A stretch of DNA of 64,000 bases from positions 128,001 to 192,000 of the forward strand of contig JAWXAY010000029.1 in assembly GCA_034439715.1 (NCBI GenBank), given 5' to 3'. This document shows positions 39,394 through 49,336 of the stretch, piece after piece. Below the pieces are notes generated by a model that made no database searches, was not told the origin of the DNA, and saw nothing but the letters and a program-made list of their open reading frames with translations. Each line of letters starts with the position of its first letter. Position 1 is the first letter of the stretch. This DNA is from Pseudomonadota bacterium. GTDB taxonomy: Bacteria; Bdellovibrionota; Bdellovibrionia; Bdellovibrionales; SG-bin7. A program made the position numbers and the translations under genes.

Positions 39394-42300
39394 CTATTGA
39401 TGGCTATACCAAACTTCAATTCTAGTGCCAGCTGCCGGCGGCTGGCTAAACAACACTCGGTTTCCTTGTACTGTCCAAGTGATGGTTTGATTGGGCGTAA
39501 ATACCACATTCACGCTCGAAGCAATGGGCGTTCTCGCTAACTCAACTGAATTAACTACTGTGTTTACTTGGCGACCAATTTGTTCCACGACAGAACTATA
39601 ATCGGTAGAACAAATGCTGCCAGTAATACCACCGGTTAACTGTGACCACTCAGCAACTCTTGTTCCGTAAAAGGCAAAGCCTCCCTGACTAACTTGGGAA
39701 TTTAAGCAGGCGCTGTCTCCAGGCTGAATAATGATCCCATAAACCGATAATTTTTTGCCGCTGGGCCAAATATTTTTAAAGTGTGCTTGTGCCTGAGCGG
39801 TTGTCGTTGCACTTGGGGGAGCATTAGATTTTTCGTCCTCATCACTTAACACCACAATCGCTAAGTCAGAGTCATTACGAATAAATCCCGCATTGTCAGA
39901 AGTACGTTTATCCATTGCAGTCATCGAAGCTAAAAGTGCTTGTTCATTTGAGCTGGGACAGTCGCCGCGAGCCTGACAGCCGTCAGTTTCTGGGCGATAA
40001 ATTGTATTTCCGAAGACTTGAGCGGCGTTGGGCGTTGCAGCCGTTAAGATCTTACCGTCAGCACCCGTCAAACTTAATAGAGAGCCACAAATTCCGAATG
40101 GACCCGTGCTACAATCTGTATTTGTAATTCCTATTTGCCAGTCAACACTTTGTAGTCCACTAATTAAACTCGGGAAGCGGCGGCCAAGTTCTCGTTGTTC
40201 GACTTCCATTGAAGATGAGTTATCGTCAACAAAAAGGATGTCGACCTTACCATTTGCGGTTGCAATGTTAAATACTTCGAATCCGTCAATCACACCTCTT
40301 ACAAAGTCGCGTTGATCGCTACCAACATTACCCACAGCATTGGTTTGCGATGCGATAATATTTTTTACGCCATCGCCAGCACTAAACACAATAGCTTGAC
40401 TAAATTGACCACCGTTACAAGTAGCAGTTGTAGCTGCAGAAATGCCTGCGCCGCCCAGACTGACAGAGAGACCATTTTCGCAAGTACCTTGCAAAGTAAG
40501 ACCATTTTGACCGCGAGTGCCTGCGGGGGGAGCTGTAATCCTAACAACAGGAACAGTGCTTTGACGATTAAAATTGCGATTAGCGCTGCCGATATTTCCG
40601 GCCGGGTCTACCTGCGAAGCAATTATGTTCTTCACGCCATCGCCATTCGAAAAGGTGACTGCCGCGCTAAATTGGCCAGCAGAACAGAGTGTTGTGCTAG
40701 TCGCATTTACTCCTGCACCAGAGATATTAACTGTGAGATTCGATTCGCAAGTGCCTTGTAAAGTTAAACCATTTAAATGGAAACTGTCAGCTGCCGGTGA
40801 CGTTATTGCTATAATGGGTGGCGCTCTGTCTAACAACAGGTTCCTAACTGCAGAGCCTGTATTTCCGGCGGCATCCGTTTGATGAGCTATGATGTTTTTC
40901 TCTCCATCGCCAGTACTTAAATTTACATTTCCGGTAAACCTGCCACCCACGCAATTGACATCTAAGGGACTGGCTAAACCACTACCCACTAAATGGACTA
41001 CTAAATTCGTTTCACATGTTCCATTGACTGTGACTCCCACAGTTCTAACGACTGCCATTTCGGCAGGAGCGGTAAAGGTAAGTGTAGGAGCAGTTACATC
41101 TTTTATAAATGTTCGACTGTCAGAACCTACGTTGCCCGCGGCATCGGTTTGTCCGACACGAATTTCTTTGGGACCCTCGCCCAAACTAAAAGTTACATTT
41201 GCTGAAAAATTACCACCGGAGCACGAAACATTTTGAGTGGCATTTGCACCTGAACCAAAAACCATAACATTAAGTCCCGTTTCACAAGTCCCAGCAAGTG
41301 TTACTCCACTTTGCCAAACACTGTTTGCGGCAGGAGAAGTAATTCGCACAACAGGGCCCGAGCCATCGACATTATATGTTTTTGAATCTGAACCGCGATT
41401 ACCAACAGCGTCGGTTTGACTAGCGGTAACAGTTTTTTGTCCGTCGCCACTTGAAGCTATTAATGCCACACTAAACTGACCACCACCACAGGGAGTCGTT
41501 GTAGAAGCAGAAACTGCTCCTGAAATCACCACATTGATTCCTGTTTCACAAGTTCCTTGAAGTGTGAAATTAGAACCCAAGCTAGCGCCATCGGCTGGAC
41601 TAGAAATCGCTACATTTGGTGCTGTAGCATCTCTAATAAAGTCACGGTTAGCTGAGTTGGAATTATTAGCAGCATCTGTTTGGGTCACTACTATGTTTTT
41701 AATACCATCACCATTTGAGAATATGATAGCCGAAGAATATCTGGCTGCCGCACAGGTAGTTGTTGAAGCCACTGCGACTCCAACTCCAGAAATACCAACT
41801 GTTAAGCCATTTTCACACGCGCCACCAACAGTTAAACCATTTTGTGCAACTGTATTAACAGCAGGTGTGTCGATTGTTAACAATGGAGCCGTGGTATCAC
41901 GATTAAATGTGCGCGATGCTGAACCCGTGTTACCCACGCTATCGGTTTGCATAGCTGTTACAAGTTTAGCACCATCGCCACTAGTAAAATTGACTTGCGA
42001 TGAAAACCCACCACCTACACATGCGGTCGAAACTGGGGCTGATAGGCCAGATCCAGAAAGATCAACTTGTAAACCTGACTCACAAGTTCCTTGTATGGTC
42101 GCCTGTGCCAAAACAATGGCATTGGCTGCCGGGGATGTTATTGCAATCAGCGGAGCCGTATTGTCTTTAATAAACTGCCTGTTGTCAGAAGCACTATTTC
42201 CCGAAGCATCAGTTTGCATGGCAACTACATCTTTACTGCCATCACCATTTGAAAACGTGATTGCTGATGAAAATTGACCATTAGAACAAGAGGTTGTTGA

Positions 42301-45300
42301 CTGCGCATTTACGCCCGTGCCAGAAATAGTTACCTGAACCCCTGTTTCACAAGTGCCGCTAATTGTTAAGCCAGTACGACCAACTGTTCCTGCATTTGGG
42401 GCAGTAATTGCAATTCTTGGGGCCGAAGAGTCTCTAACAAAATCTCTGTTGGCACTGCCCGAGTTGCCCGCCGCATCTGTTTGGGCGACTACGACATTTT
42501 TTATACCGTCACCATTTGAAAAGCTAATTGCAGCAGAATAGCGACTCGCTGAGCAAGCTGTTGTCGATGTGTTTAAAACTCCGCCGCCAGAAATATTAAC
42601 TGTCAAGCCAGTTTCGCACGCCCCACCAATAGTTAATCCAATTTGCGCAATAGTATTAGCGACTGGAGTATCAATCGTAATGTTTGGGCCATTTGCATCT
42701 CTTAAAAAGTTTCTGGAGCTGGCGCCCGTGTTGCCAGCAGAATCCGTTTGCGCTGCACTAACAACCTTTGTGCCGTCGCCACTTGAAAAGCTTACGAGAG
42801 CTGAAAAGTTACCCGAGGCACAACTCGTATTTACAGCGGCGGCTAAGCCAGCACCGGACAAAGCTACTTGTAAACCGCTTTCACATGTTCCCAAAATATT
42901 TTCTTGAGCTTGTACAAAGGCATTAGCATTTGGAGACGTAATCGCTATAATAGGAGCGGTGTTATCTCTGACAAACTGCCGGCTGTCTGAAGCACTGTTA
43001 CCCGCAGTATCCGTTTGCGTGGCAACCACATCTTTACTGCCATCACCATTTGAAAAAGTGATTGCTGATGAAAATTGACTATTAGTACAAGGCACGGATG
43101 ATTGAGCGCTCACTCCGGCGCCTGAGATGGCAACCGGTAGGCCAGACTCACAGGTTCCTACGAGGGTTACTCCCACTCGGGCTAGTGTGCCCGCCGCAGG
43201 CGCTGTGATAGCAATACTTGGCGCCACAGAGTCGCGAATAAAATTTCGATTACTTGAACTACTGTTTCCAGATTGATCTGTTTGCGAAGCAACTACGTTT
43301 TTAACTCCATCGCCATTTGAAAAAATAATTGCAGCTGAATAACGAGAGTTCGCACAAGTAGCAGTTAGTGGGCTTGCAATCCCTGCTCCAGATATATTAA
43401 CAATAAAACCATTTTCACAAGCACCACCGCAAGTAAGGCCCGTTTGTGCCACGGTATTTACGGCAGGTGTATCTATGGTAATGTTGGGTCCATTGGCGTC
43501 TCTAACAAAACTTCGTGAATTCGTACCTGTGTTTCCGACGCTATCAGTTTGCGAAGCCGTAACTGATTTTGTGCCATCACCATTTGAAAAGGTAACAAGC
43601 GCTGAAAAACTGGCCGCTGCGCAGGCTGTATTTAGACTTGTAGCCAAGCCCGAACCTGACAGTGTCACTTGCAAGCCACTTTCACAAGTTCCCGAAATAT
43701 TTTCTTGAGCTTGTACAAAGGCATTAGCATTTGGCAATGTAATTGCAATTACGGGAGCTGTGTTATCACGATTGAATTGTCGAGTATCTGAACCACTATT
43801 TCCTGCAGAGTCTGTTTGCGTGACCAATACATCTTTTGCGCCGTCACCACTTGAAAAAATTAGTGCCGCGCTAAACTGACTGTTAGTGCAGGTCGCAGTG
43901 GTGGGGGCATTGACTCCTGAACCAGAAATATTAACAGGAATACCCACTTCGCAAGTTCCTAATAGGGTTACACCAGTTCGAGCAGCTGTTCCAGCAGCTG
44001 GTGACGTGATGCGAACAACGGGAGCACCAGTGTCGCGAAGAAATGATCTATTGTCGCTGCCGATATTTCCGGCGGGGTCTGTCTGGCTAACTATGACATT
44101 CTTTGAGCCGTCATTAGCTGTTAAAGTCACCGCTATATCAAAATTTCCATTGTTACAAAGTCCGGTCGAAGGGGAAACTAAACCAGCACCAGAAAGTGTA
44201 ATGCCTAGGCCTATTTCACATGTACCTTGCAATCCGACACTGGTAGTTACTGAAGAATTAGCGGCCGGAGCAGTGATGACGATTCGCGGAGCTGTAGAAT
44301 CACGACTAACTGTGCGTGAGGCTGAGCCTGAGTTTCCCGCTCGATCTGTTTGAGTGGCAGTCACCGATTTAATTCCATCACCATTAGACAAATTCAAAAG
44401 CTGAGAGAACTGGCCAACATTACAACTGGCCGTTGCCGCTTGGCTAATGCCTGTGCCGGTGACCACAACGTTTAGACCTGTTTCACATGTGCCAGTTAAA
44501 GTCATTTGGTCGCCGACCCAGCTATTTGCAGCGGGAGCTGTAATAGTCACAATGGGAGCAACAGTGTCTTTAATAAAATTTCTTTGATCAGAACTTTGAT
44601 TGCCCACTGAATCAGTCTGCGAAGCCACGATGGTTTTTGTTCCATCGCCACTTGAAAAAATAATGTCCAATGCGAAGAGACTATTAGAACATGTGGTAGT
44701 CGAATTTTGAGCCACGCCACCAGAAATGTTGACAGCTACACCTGACTCACATGTACCTTGAAGTCTCAGGCCATTTTGAGCTTCAGTATTTACAGCGGGT
44801 GCAGTGATAGCTATATTGGGCGCTGAGGAGTCTCTAATAAAACTTCTCGAATCAGAGCCACTGTTTCCAGCTCCATCGGTTTGGGTGACGGTCATTGATT
44901 TAGTTCCGTCACCGTTAGAAAATGTTGCAGGAATACTAAATCCACCATTACTACATGGACCATTTGTGGCAGAAAGTAATCCAGAACCCGTAACCATTAC
45001 ATTTAAGCCAGTTTCGCAAGTACCAATTAGAGTTACACCACTAACTGTTGAGGAGTTCGCCGCGGGCGCAGTTATAGCCACTCGAGGCGCAGTACCATCA
45101 ACTTGAATAGTTCTTTGATCTGTACCTGAATTTCCAGCAACATCAGTCTGCGATACTAATATTTGTTTTGCGCCATCACCGCTCGCCGCCGTAAAATTAT
45201 AGCTGAACTGGCCACTAGTACATGCGACACTAGTGATTTGCGAAAGGGCCGAGCCAGAAACACTCACATTTAATCCTGATTCACATGTTCCCGCTAATTG

Positions 45301-46287
45301 TACAGGGCCTCTTGTTACTAAACCATTTACGGGACTAGTAATTGCAATGAGCGGTGCGGTGCTATCTCTTACAAAACTACGGGAGTCTTGACCTAAATTA
45401 CCGGCGCGATCTGTTTGAGAAACTGAAACCTGTTTACTACCATCACCATTTGAATAGGTAACATCAGATGAAAATTGTCCATTGGTACAAGCGGCAGAAG
45501 TAATAGCGTTAACTCCGCCACCGCCAATTGCGACACTATAACCAGTCTCGCATGTTCCAGTAATTCGTGTGCCCATACGTGTGATAGAACCCGCACTGGG
45601 AGTCGAAATAACTACTCGTGGTGCCACGGAGTCCTTTATAATGTTTCTGTTGTCGTTACCAATATTGCCGGCTAAGTCGATTTGCTGAGCTACTATGTTT
45701 TTTATACCGTCTGAACCCGCGAGTTGGATTGGCATAGTAAATACACTATTGATGCAATTAACAGATCCCAAAGAACCTCGTCCTGTCAAAAATAAATCTA
45801 CTACAAGCCCTGCCTCACATGTTCCCGTAATGTTTACTGTAGCCATGACCTCTGAATTGAGGGCGGGAGTAGCAATGAGAACCGTTGGGGCAACTGTATC
45901 TTTAATAAAATTACGATCGTCTTGTGCCCACTCATTTGTTTCGAGGTTTCGCTGTTTCGCAACTACATTTTTTAATCCTTCACCATCCGAAAACGTAATG
46001 AATGTTTCAAAATTACCATCTTCACAACTCAGTTTACTATTAAAGAGTATTCCCGAACCCAGGCCTTCTATGGTTACAGGGAGTTTTTCTTTACAAGTTC
46101 CTTTTACTAATACTCCGACTCTGTCGACTGTATAAGGGGCTGGTTCCATAATTCGAACGCCATCGGGCATTCTTAGTGCAAAGCTATTGGGATCCTGGCT
46201 AAATTGAAGCTTAGAGCAGCTTGCCAAATATAGAGATAGACATAGCCACAAAAAACTTTTTGAATAACCTAATATATATAGTCTCAT
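39394..46287 (-). CDS. giant lipoprotein adhesin: 22 Ig-like repeats + C-terminal vWA/MIDAS domain
   Basis: LASC lipobox after ATG 46287; ~89-aa repeats (AP..IT.P...GTCE...C...GDG.K...QTD.AGN); VDILFVDDNSSS, LSDEDE. Confidence 0.88.
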   Translation of the reverse strand: MRLYILGYSKSFLWLCLSLYLASCSKLQFSQDPNSFALRMPDGVRIMEPAPYTVDRVGVLVKGTCKEKLPVTIEGLGSGILFNSKLSCEDGNFETFITFSDGEGLKNVVAKQRNLETNEWAQDDRNFIKDTVAPTVLIATPALNSEVMATVNITGTCEAGLVVDLFLTGRGSLGSVNCINSVFTMPIQLAGSDGIKNIVAQQIDLAGNIGNDNRNIIKDSVAPRVVISTPSAGSITRMGTRITGTCETGYSVAIGGGGVNAITSAACTNGQFSSDVTYSNGDGSKQVSVSQTDRAGNLGQDSRSFVRDSTAPLIAITSPVNGLVTRGPVQLAGTCESGLNVSVSGSALSQITSVACTSGQFSYNFTAASGDGAKQILVSQTDVAGNSGTDQRTIQVDGTAPRVAITAPAANSSTVSGVTLIGTCETGLNVMVTGSGLLSATNGPCSNGGFSIPATFSNGDGTKSMTVTQTDGAGNSGSDSRSFIRDSSAPNIAITAPAVNTEAQNGLRLQGTCESGVAVNISGGVAQNSTTTCSNSLFALDIIFSSGDGTKTIVASQTDSVGNQSSDQRNFIKDTVAPIVTITAPAANSWVGDQMTLTGTCETGLNVVVTGTGISQAATASCNVGQFSQLLNLSNGDGIKSVTATQTDRAGNSGSASRTVSRDSTAPRIVITAPAANSSVTTSVGLQGTCEIGLGITLSGAGLVSPSTGLCNNGNFDIAVTLTANDGSKNVIVSQTDPAGNIGSDNRSFLRDTGAPVVRITSPAAGTAARTGVTLLGTCEVGIPVNISGSGVNAPTTATCTNSQFSAALIFSSGDGAKDVLVTQTDSAGNSGSDTRQFNRDNTAPVIAITLPNANAFVQAQENISGTCESGLQVTLSGSGLATSLNTACAAASFSALVTFSNGDGTKSVTASQTDSVGNTGTNSRSFVRDANGPNITIDTPAVNTVAQTGLTCGGACENGFIVNISGAGIASPLTATCANSRYSAAIIFSNGDGVKNVVASQTDQSGNSSSSNRNFIRDSVAPSIAITAPAAGTLARVGVTLVGTCESGLPVAISGAGVSAQSSVPCTNSQFSSAITFSNGDGSKDVVATQTDTAGNSASDSRQFVRDNTAPIIAITSPNANAFVQAQENILGTCESGLQVALSGAGLAAAVNTSCASGNFSALVSFSSGDGTKVVSAAQTDSAGNTGASSRNFLRDANGPNITIDTPVANTIAQIGLTIGGACETGLTVNISGGGVLNTSTTACSASRYSAAISFSNGDGIKNVVVAQTDAAGNSGSANRDFVRDSSAPRIAITAPNAGTVGRTGLTISGTCETGVQVTISGTGVNAQSTTSCSNGQFSSAITFSNGDGSKDVVAMQTDASGNSASDNRQFIKDNTAPLIAITSPAANAIVLAQATIQGTCESGLQVDLSGSGLSAPVSTACVGGGFSSQVNFTSGDGAKLVTAMQTDSVGNTGSASRTFNRDTTAPLLTIDTPAVNTVAQNGLTVGGACENGLTVGISGVGVAVASTTTCAAARYSSAIIFSNGDGIKNIVVTQTDAANNSNSANRDFIRDATAPNVAISSPADGASLGSNFTLQGTCETGINVVISGAVSASTTTPCGGGQFSVALIASSGDGQKTVTASQTDAVGNRGSDSKTYNVDGSGPVVRITSPAANSVWQSGVTLAGTCETGLNVMVFGSGANATQNVSCSGGNFSANVTFSLGEGPKEIRVGQTDAAGNVGSDSRTFIKDVTAPTLTFTAPAEMAVVRTVGVTVNGTCETNLVVHLVGSGLASPLDVNCVGGRFTGNVNLSTGDGEKNIIAHQTDAAGNTGSAVRNLLLDRAPPIIAITSPAADSFHLNGLTLQGTCESNLTVNISGAGVNATSTTLCSAGQFSAAVTFSNGDGVKNIIASQVDPAGNIGSANRNFNRQSTVPVVRITAPPAGTRGQNGLTLQGTCENGLSVSLGGAGISAATTATCNGGQFSQAIVFSAGDGVKNIIASQTNAVGNVGSDQRDFVRGVIDGFEVFNIATANGKVDILFVDDNSSSMEVEQRELGRRFPSLISGLQSVDWQIGITNTDCSTGPFGICGSLLSLTGADGKILTAATPNAAQVFGNTIYRPETDGCQARGDCPSSNEQALLASMTAMDKRTSDNAGFIRNDSDLAIVVLSDEDEKSNAPPSATTTAQAQAHFKNIWPSGKKLSVYGIIIQPGDSACLNSQVSQGGFAFYGTRVAEWSQLTGGITGSICSTDYSSVVEQIGRQVNTVVNSVELARTPIASSVNVVFTPNQTITWTVQGNRVLFSQPPAAGTRIEVWYSHQ

Positions 46288-46341
46288 CAACGCACCCCAA
46301 ATAAAGAAAAAACCACAATGTCTTGACCCAAGCCTTTTAAG

Positions 46342-46357
46342 AGCAAGCACCAAGCCA
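46342..46357 (-). promoter_or_regulatory. sigma54 (-24/-12) promoter
   Basis: Minus strand TGGCTT-GGTGC-TTGCT with exact GG-N10-GC spacing, 54 nt before ATG 46287. Confidence 0.6.
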
Positions 46358-46646
46358 AGTATGGAGACCTATTCATTTTGAGAATTTGTTTTTAAGATTG
46401 TGATTTTTCGACGTTATCGCATAGCGATGAGAAAATTTGAATTTTAATATTAATGTCTAATTTTTATTTGTATCCATACTTCATACAGAAAATCTTAAAA
46501 TTTTTGCGCTTCATTTCGAGAGTGCATCGAATATTGCATTCAGGTGCATTCGATCTAGTATGCCCATTCACCTTCAAGATGTCCGTATTTGATATGAAAG
46601 TTTTCATAAAGTGAATAATGAATTGTCACAATTATATTTTTTAGCT

Positions 46647-47600
46647 CTATTTTACAAGGTGATCAGCAATTACCAAATATGTCATTCCTTCTAAAACCGG
46701 TAGGGCCCGAAACACTATACAGGGATCATGTCGGCCTTTTTTTGAAACGTCGAGCACACTCGATGTTGGTTTAAACGCCACCCGTGCAACAATTCGTTCA
46801 CCGGTGGAGATGCCGCCCTTCATCCCGCCATAAACAGAGGATGAAGTAATATTGGCATTATGAAAAATCGAACCCTCTACATTCACCGCCGCGAAACCTA
46901 CGCCAAACTCTACGCCAATAGTTGCTCCGACAGACATATAGGCCTGAGCTAAATCAGATTTTAGCTTTCGAAAAACCGGCTCACCAACACCGGTCTTAAT
47001 ATGATCAATCCATATTTCGGCAATGCCACCATAACTATAGCCCTTTTCTCTAGCCTCAACTAATAATTTCTTGACTTCATCCTCTCTGGAATTCGAGAGT
47101 TCAAGGTCCAACGGACCAATCCTTTTTGCAAAGGCAATGACTTTAGTTTCATCACCAATATGCCTCAAGGCCATTTGCGCTACCGCTCCGCCGATTACTC
47201 GCGAAACTGTTTCGCGGCCAGAACTCCGACCCCCGCCCCGCAGATCGGTATGGCCGAATTTTTTAGCCCATACTTCGTCAGCATGACCCACGCGGGGAAC
47301 ATATTTAATCTTTTCATAGTCCGATGATCTTTGATCCTGATTTCTAATGATCACGGCCAGCGGTGTTCCCAGAGTTTTTCCATCAAACACGCCGCTCAGA
47401 ATTTCTGGAACGTCCGATTCATTTCTCGCCGAAACAATTTCTGAAGTGCCGGGTCTCCTTTTTTCAAGTTCCCTTTTTAACAGTTCCTTATCAAACACCA
47501 CTCCCGCTGGGCAGCCATCGATAACCACGCCCATCGCCGGCCCATGACTCTCTCCGAAAGTAGTAATTACAAATCGACTGCCAAATGAATTAGCTCTCAT
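46647..47600 (-). CDS. aroC: chorismate synthase
   Basis: TTFGESHG, R.GHAD, GGGRSSGRET, GGISTG, GRHDPC. Confidence 0.96.
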   Translation of the reverse strand: MRANSFGSRFVITTFGESHGPAMGVVIDGCPAGVVFDKELLKRELEKRRPGTSEIVSARNESDVPEILSGVFDGKTLGTPLAVIIRNQDQRSSDYEKIKYVPRVGHADEVWAKKFGHTDLRGGGRSSGRETVSRVIGGAVAQMALRHIGDETKVIAFAKRIGPLDLELSNSREDEVKKLLVEAREKGYSYGGIAEIWIDHIKTGVGEPVFRKLKSDLAQAYMSVGATIGVEFGVGFAAVNVEGSIFHNANITSSSVYGGMKGGISTGERIVARVAFKPTSSVLDVSKKGRHDPCIVFRALPVLEGMTYLVIADHLVK

Positions 47601-49336
47601 AGTAACTCACCTTCTAACTCTGCCTTAATAGGTAGTTCACACAACTGCCAAAACTTGCGTTGGGCTCGCGCTTGAGCTTTAAACATTTTATTCCCATCTT
47701 GATAATCAGCTCCTGTTTGCAACGCGTACTCCTTGCCCGGAGAATCGTCTGTGTAATTTAAATCCAAAATTAATCTAGGGCGCCATTCCTTTGGTGGATA
47801 TTTATTCAATCGGCCTCTTCCGACCGCCCACACGACCACTTCCGGCAAAATTTCAGATGTCGATCCATCTCGATTTTTGCCTGTCCTCGCCGAATAGTAT
47901 TTTGCTTTTGGAAGAAAGCTGTTGATGCTTTCCAACAATCCGCCTCCGCCCCAAACCGCTACCGACTCGTCCTTTATTACCTCAAAAAACTCTTTCAAGC
48001 CATCTAGGTCTGTATTCGCTCCCTGCCATTTCCCATTATAGTATATTGTATTTATCGTGTCCGGCCTAAGTGCGATTTTCTTGAGTGGAGAGGTAACAGC
48101 CGCGTACTTTAAACCTAAACTCTCCAAAACCGCAATAGCTTCGCTCCATTCGCTTTCACTCACACGAATTTTTACAAATGGGAGTTTCCTTTTCGAAAAA
48201 AATTCTTGATGCTCTTCTGGCGAAAAGCTGTGTTCAATGGGATCACCTAATACAGCTGCAAAACTCTCGCTCACTGGGGCACTTAGCCAATCCATCATAG
48301 AGGGTTGATCCAAAACATTAGAAAACCCTTCATTCACAAAATTTAATTTTTGCTTACCTTTCTGCAGAACTCGGTACCAGAGCCATCGACCATCGTCAGA
48401 AGTAGGTAAAAATGATCTCTGTGACTGATCTTCTCTTTGCCACTTATGACCCAAAACCAATTCGGAAAAACTTTTTATCTCTACGGCTAACTTAATATGA
48501 GTCCCGCCTTTTTGGTACTGCTCTAGTTTTCTCAAAGTACTCTCAAATGAAAGTTCGTCTGACCTCGTATGCAAAGAATAAATGCGGGGATTTGGAAAGG
48601 GACACTCACCTAGCTCCAAAGCCCAATCAAAGTCTGAAACTCCCGACGGTAGACTCTCAATTTTTTTTCTGATGCTAAAGAGCAGTTGTGAGTTTGGAAT
48701 ATACTTTAAAGCCAAGGCAATATTATTCTCGCTTAAAAAGTCATTTCGCAATTCAAAGAAAGACACGCCCCATGGCCGACAACGCTCAAAGTAGCAATTA
48801 ATACCATCACGACTTTCAAAAACTCTCGGAAACACCGTAAGAGTAGCGCCGACATTTAGTCCCCCACCTCCTAAAATGTTTTTTTCGCTTTCGCTAGGCT
48901 CAAATCGACCCTCAGGCAAAACATAAATTTGGTCGCATATTTTAGAAAACTTTTTGTCCCTTAGTTCAAAATTTCTTAAATATTCTTCTAAAGGAGTCAG
49001 AGTCAAATCAAGCCTGGGGCGATTTAAAAAGATTCTACCCATTTTGTCTGTCGTCCGTTTTATCCACACAACTTTGATTGACTTGGGTAAGTCGAAATTA
49101 AAACCGGCTCCCATTGAAATAAAATGGGGCTCCATGACCATGGCCTCAACAAAACATTTTTTTTCTAGAATTCGAAAGTATGCCTCACCGGAGGTAGCAA
49201 ATATTTCCGCAATCGTATGGCCTTCTCTTTGCTCAATATAAAGATCGAGGTCCAGCACATTAAATCCATACTGAGCCAAACGCTCTAACAGCGTTGATTT
49301 TCCCACCCCTCGATGCCCAACAAGTACTGTAGTCAT
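47597..49336 (-). CDS. trifunctional shikimate kinase / type I dehydroquinase / shikimate dehydrogenase fusion
   Basis: N: GHRGVGKS, DLD, GEAYFR..E; middle: FELRND, SLH, HIKLA; C: LGDPIEHSFSP, VTSPLK, NTD..G, LDLNY, AQARAQ. Confidence 0.82.
   Translation of the reverse strand: MTTVLVGHRGVGKSTLLERLAQYGFNVLDLDLYIEQREGHTIAEIFATSGEAYFRILEKKCFVEAMVMEPHFISMGAGFNFDLPKSIKVVWIKRTTDKMGRIFLNRPRLDLTLTPLEEYLRNFELRDKKFSKICDQIYVLPEGRFEPSESEKNILGGGGLNVGATLTVFPRVFESRDGINCYFERCRPWGVSFFELRNDFLSENNIALALKYIPNSQLLFSIRKKIESLPSGVSDFDWALELGECPFPNPRIYSLHTRSDELSFESTLRKLEQYQKGGTHIKLAVEIKSFSELVLGHKWQREDQSQRSFLPTSDDGRWLWYRVLQKGKQKLNFVNEGFSNVLDQPSMMDWLSAPVSESFAAVLGDPIEHSFSPEEHQEFFSKRKLPFVKIRVSESEWSEAIAVLESLGLKYAAVTSPLKKIALRPDTINTIYYNGKWQGANTDLDGLKEFFEVIKDESVAVWGGGGLLESINSFLPKAKYYSARTGKNRDGSTSEILPEVVVWAVGRGRLNKYPPKEWRPRLILDLNYTDDSPGKEYALQTGADYQDGNKMFKAQARAQRKFWQLCELPIKAELEGELL

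Noticed and set aside
39915..46135. Many plus-strand ORFs opposite the giant adhesin
   Set aside because: Antisense shadows of a repetitive Gly/Ser/Thr/Ala-rich gene, with no independent signals
46288..46353. TTG-start extension of the adhesin
   Set aside because: It overlaps the sigma54 motif; ATG 46287 has an RBS and gives a proper lipoprotein signal
46500..46610. TGCAT(T)C-like short repeats and TATGAAA-gt-TTTCATA palindrome
   Set aside because: Irregular, too short for CRISPR, and no recognisable RNA family
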